A DNA stretch of 64,000 bases from Phallusia mammillata (Eukaryota). Shown here piece after piece: positions 60,672 to 64,000 of this stretch. Under the pieces are notes generated by a model. The model searched no databases and was not told the DNA's origin. It worked only from the letters and a program-made list of their open reading frames with translations. The translations under genes and the position numbers were made by a program. The stretch spans positions 19,158,001 through 19,222,000 of the forward strand of contig OZ281497.1 in NCBI GenBank assembly GCA_965637545.1, written 5' to 3'. The stretch's first letter is position 1. Each line of letters starts with the position of its first letter.

Positions 60672-63600
60672 GCCACAGTGCACGCAAAATTCGACGTGCA
60701 GAACTAATCGGTTTCGGCACGGATTAAACATGCCCCTGCGGTCGCTATGGCGACGAGTTGGCGCGCCGAGACCACGTTAGTCGTAAAATCCCAGTCCTGA
60801 AGAGAAACCTTAGATGTTGGATGTCACTGCCACTGATGATATTTGCGCAACCTTCAATGTGACGCCGAACTTCAATTCTGGGATGGGTGGGAACGTGGGG
60901 TTGAGGCCCTGACGATGTGGGGGCGTCGTTTGATTTAACGAGGGCGCGCACTCTTATTCACACCTCACCCTGTCAACACAGTAAACGTGCGCCAATAAAT
61001 TCCCGAACAGTCACGCAGGGTTTGCGTATTTTCGTTTTTATCACCTTGGGTGACATTCTTTCGGTACTCGCCCGCCAATGAAACTGCTGTTTGGACGGAA
61101 ATATTAGCGTTGGCAAGCGCTGTTCTGTCGTCCCAAACCCCAAAACAAGGGCGTGCGAAATTTTACGACCGTTTATTTGAAGTTTGATGACTGCCACTGC
61201 CGGAAAACGCTAAATATACACTGCCCAAGCACATGTTGTCCATGTATGTCGGGATGTATTTTTTTAACTACAGCCAATCATTAGCGACAGCATAAGAAAA
61301 CCTAAACCAATAAAGCAGATGGATTGAAGCGACCGGGAAACGAACCCTGGGTCGGTGAGAAAGCAGGAGAAACGGCTTTGTGTGTTGGTCTTCACCTTGC
61401 ACCGCCTGAAAATTCCCGGATTGCTTTTGACTATTTGCCAGAGGATTGACACGCAATACCTGCAACCGGCTCCATGTTGGTCGACATTAATTTGCTCGCG
61501 ACATAAACGATAATCAGATTAGAGAAGCAACTTACCGTCTGATGGCGGCGGGACGGGCTTGTTTCGTCAATAAACAGGCATCCATGAGCTTGACGGGCGC
61601 GGTAAGGCGATCTCCGGCGTCAGTCGCAAAATGTTTACTGTTGTATCAGTTCAATGGCGGCGCCCGACTAATCATTTTCGCCCAGGCGAAGCAAATACAA
61701 ATCTAATCTGTATTCAAATCTCGAAAAATCTGAGGTAGCTGTGCTTGCTATATAGAGACTGGTAACGGTTTGCGTGATTGTAAACCTACCGATTTGGGTG
61801 AGGCAAATGACCGCACAATGTTAAGTGTTATTGTTTATTCGATAGCGGTTCAACGCCCATTTTCCGGTTACTTGCTTGAGTTTTGGAGATAGTGGAACCG
61901 AATTGTGTGCGGTTAACAATATGTTAACTTTCTTCAAAACTGCCACAAACAATTTAGCACTTTTTTGCAGTGTCTATTTCTCAGCGTTTTGACCCAAAAC
62001 CTAATGGAATCCAAAACGAAATTACATTTAAGTCAGTTTTGCAACAAACAAAAATGCAGCTACTGCTTCAAGTTAAACGGGTTTCAAGTTTTTGTTAACC
62101 CGCTCTTCATCGTAAGAAAGCTTATAATGACAGCGCTTGGAAGTTTGATTGGCACTAGAATTTCAATCGAAAATTTACAAAAAATACATGCCAAAGTCAA
62201 CACCTGCAAACTAAATCGGCAGCTATCTAAACAGCAGTGATATTGTTTTAAACAACTTTGACGCATGTAAATCCTAATTTTCAATTTTTGCTCCAAAGAA
62301 AATAGATGGTATTTCTGAAGCTTTAATATTGTCTGTTTTGATAACTATGTTTTTATGCACTCCCATAGCATTGCGGCGCTTAGTAAATAAGTTGCATCAG
62401 CTTGTTTGGGCAGACGTGTTTATATTTCTTGCGTGGAAAGGCATTTTCACAGACAAAACACATAGCGTTGCCTAAAGAAGCCGCGGGTTAAATATCTTCG
62501 TGTTTTCGGTCTTCTCCCGTTGCGAGCAATATTAGTAGAACACTGGAGTCAATCCATACATCATAACTCTTGGCGTGGCCGCAGACTTGTGGAATTCAGG
62601 CAATGCGAGCAGACCATCTTTATTCCCATGTTTTCCAAATCTATTTTTGGCTCAGCGAAGACCCGATTTTAACGATCGACTGAAGCAAGTCTCTCCTGGC
62701 CTCTGTAATTATGTCGGGGTCGTGTTATTTTGGGTCGAGGGCCTGCCGGCGTGACGTTTCATATGGCACTTTTAGGTATTTGCCTTCGTGACGTAGTTGA
62801 CGTAAATGACGATCGGCAGGTGTGCACACTTGCCACGTCACGTCGCCGCAGTTCGCGAGAGAGACTTCGGGTTTGATTTACTTCACAGCGCTACCACATG
62901 TTTTGCTTCTACCCACCAACAAACATTTCCAGTGTTTGTCAGTCGCTGGTTTTCGGTCTGCACCTGTTCTTTTGCCAAGCGCACAGGAGATGTGCTTCTC
63001 GCGATCTGCGGGGTTGTTTGTTTGAAAGAGGTCCGCTTTGCAAACAGGCTGCGTCGCCGTAACGCTTTGTTCCAGATGTGAACGACCTTGGAATGCTGGA
63101 GATGCTTCTCGGGTTTACGACGCCCGGAAAAACACGCCTTTGAAGGAGGCACCGACATCCCGTGGCATCGCGTGCGCTCTTGCAAGGGCTGCGAGCCCCA
63201 CCCTTGCGACGCTCACACGGCGAGTGGCTAATGTTGCACCTGTGTTTGCCGAGGTCTCACTCAGTGATAAAACGATGTGACCTGCACCCTGTCGTTGATA
63301 CTCAGTAATTGACCGCGTTTTCAGATGCAATAAATCAAAATCCAAGAGTACTCAACAACGCGGAAACGTCACAATAATGACATTTTTGCATTGCAATGCC
63401 TATAATATTAACTTTGTGGTAACCAATGGAATTCGCAGTCGTGTGCCCAACAACAAACAACCCCTCCCAGAGTTTCCATGAAATCCAGCAATAAACTACA
63501 TCGTGAGCGAGAACATCAAAGTCGTGTTTTGTCTGCTCGTGGAGATGCAGGTGTTTCCCCGTTCGTTACCTTTTCCCGGGGCGTTTTTGTTTTGAATCAC

Positions 63601-64000
63601 GACGAAAACAGAACTCTTCCGCTCATGATTTCCCGTCGTGATTTGAGCGAAGTTACATGTCGTGTCTTTTCCGCCACCATTTTGTATCGTTAAAGCTAGT
63701 TCTCAGAAACGTTATTGAAAACGACTTTCAGGACCATCAAAGCATACGCTTTAATTTGCTTTCCGTGGAAATTGTGTTTTGTGGGTAAATTTGGTAGTGA
63801 ACGAAATGTATTATAATCACCGCTCCTCTACATTAAAGACGGCACGAAATCCTCAAGCCCGGTTTCCTAGTCTGGTGAACTCGGCCACTCTAAAAATAAC
63901 CGAATGTTGCCCCCCCAAAAAAAAGATGTGGGTTACGTCAATCAAAAACGCTAGCTATGAGAAACACAGCATCAAAAGCAAAAACAACGAGTTTGCTAAC

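Overview
AT-rich, compact animal genomic DNA with short introns, most likely from an ascidian tunicate. This is inferred from the Sec/Gly alternative-exon selenophosphate synthetase locus and an intact minor-spliceosome intron, not from any database hit. Gene order: PDZRN3/4-like terminal exon (+), RAB28 (+), intronless NFKBIL1 (+), DDB1 (+, 27 exons), RNF24/122-like (+), selenophosphate synthetase (+), KMT2E/SETD5-like (+), a calmodulin-like gene (-) flanked by two candidate 65-aa ORFs (-), and BRD8 (+). Highlights: (1) one SPS locus encodes both a Sec form (in-frame TGA, downstream hairpin, SECIS) and a Gly form through alternative first exons, with a long Q-rich tail; (2) DDB1 has an AT-AC U12 intron containing a decayed type I hammerhead ribozyme and a hAT MITE; (3) two paralogous candidate H/ACA snoRNAs lie in KMT2E introns; (4) NFKBIL1 and DDB1 are 122 bp apart and may share a first exon or be operonic; (5) many non-autonomous hAT elements with 8-bp target duplications occur, some nested, plus a 714-bp near-perfect fold-back. 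Exon boundaries were read by hand, homologies are recognised from memory, and nothing was searched or computed beyond the supplied ORF track.
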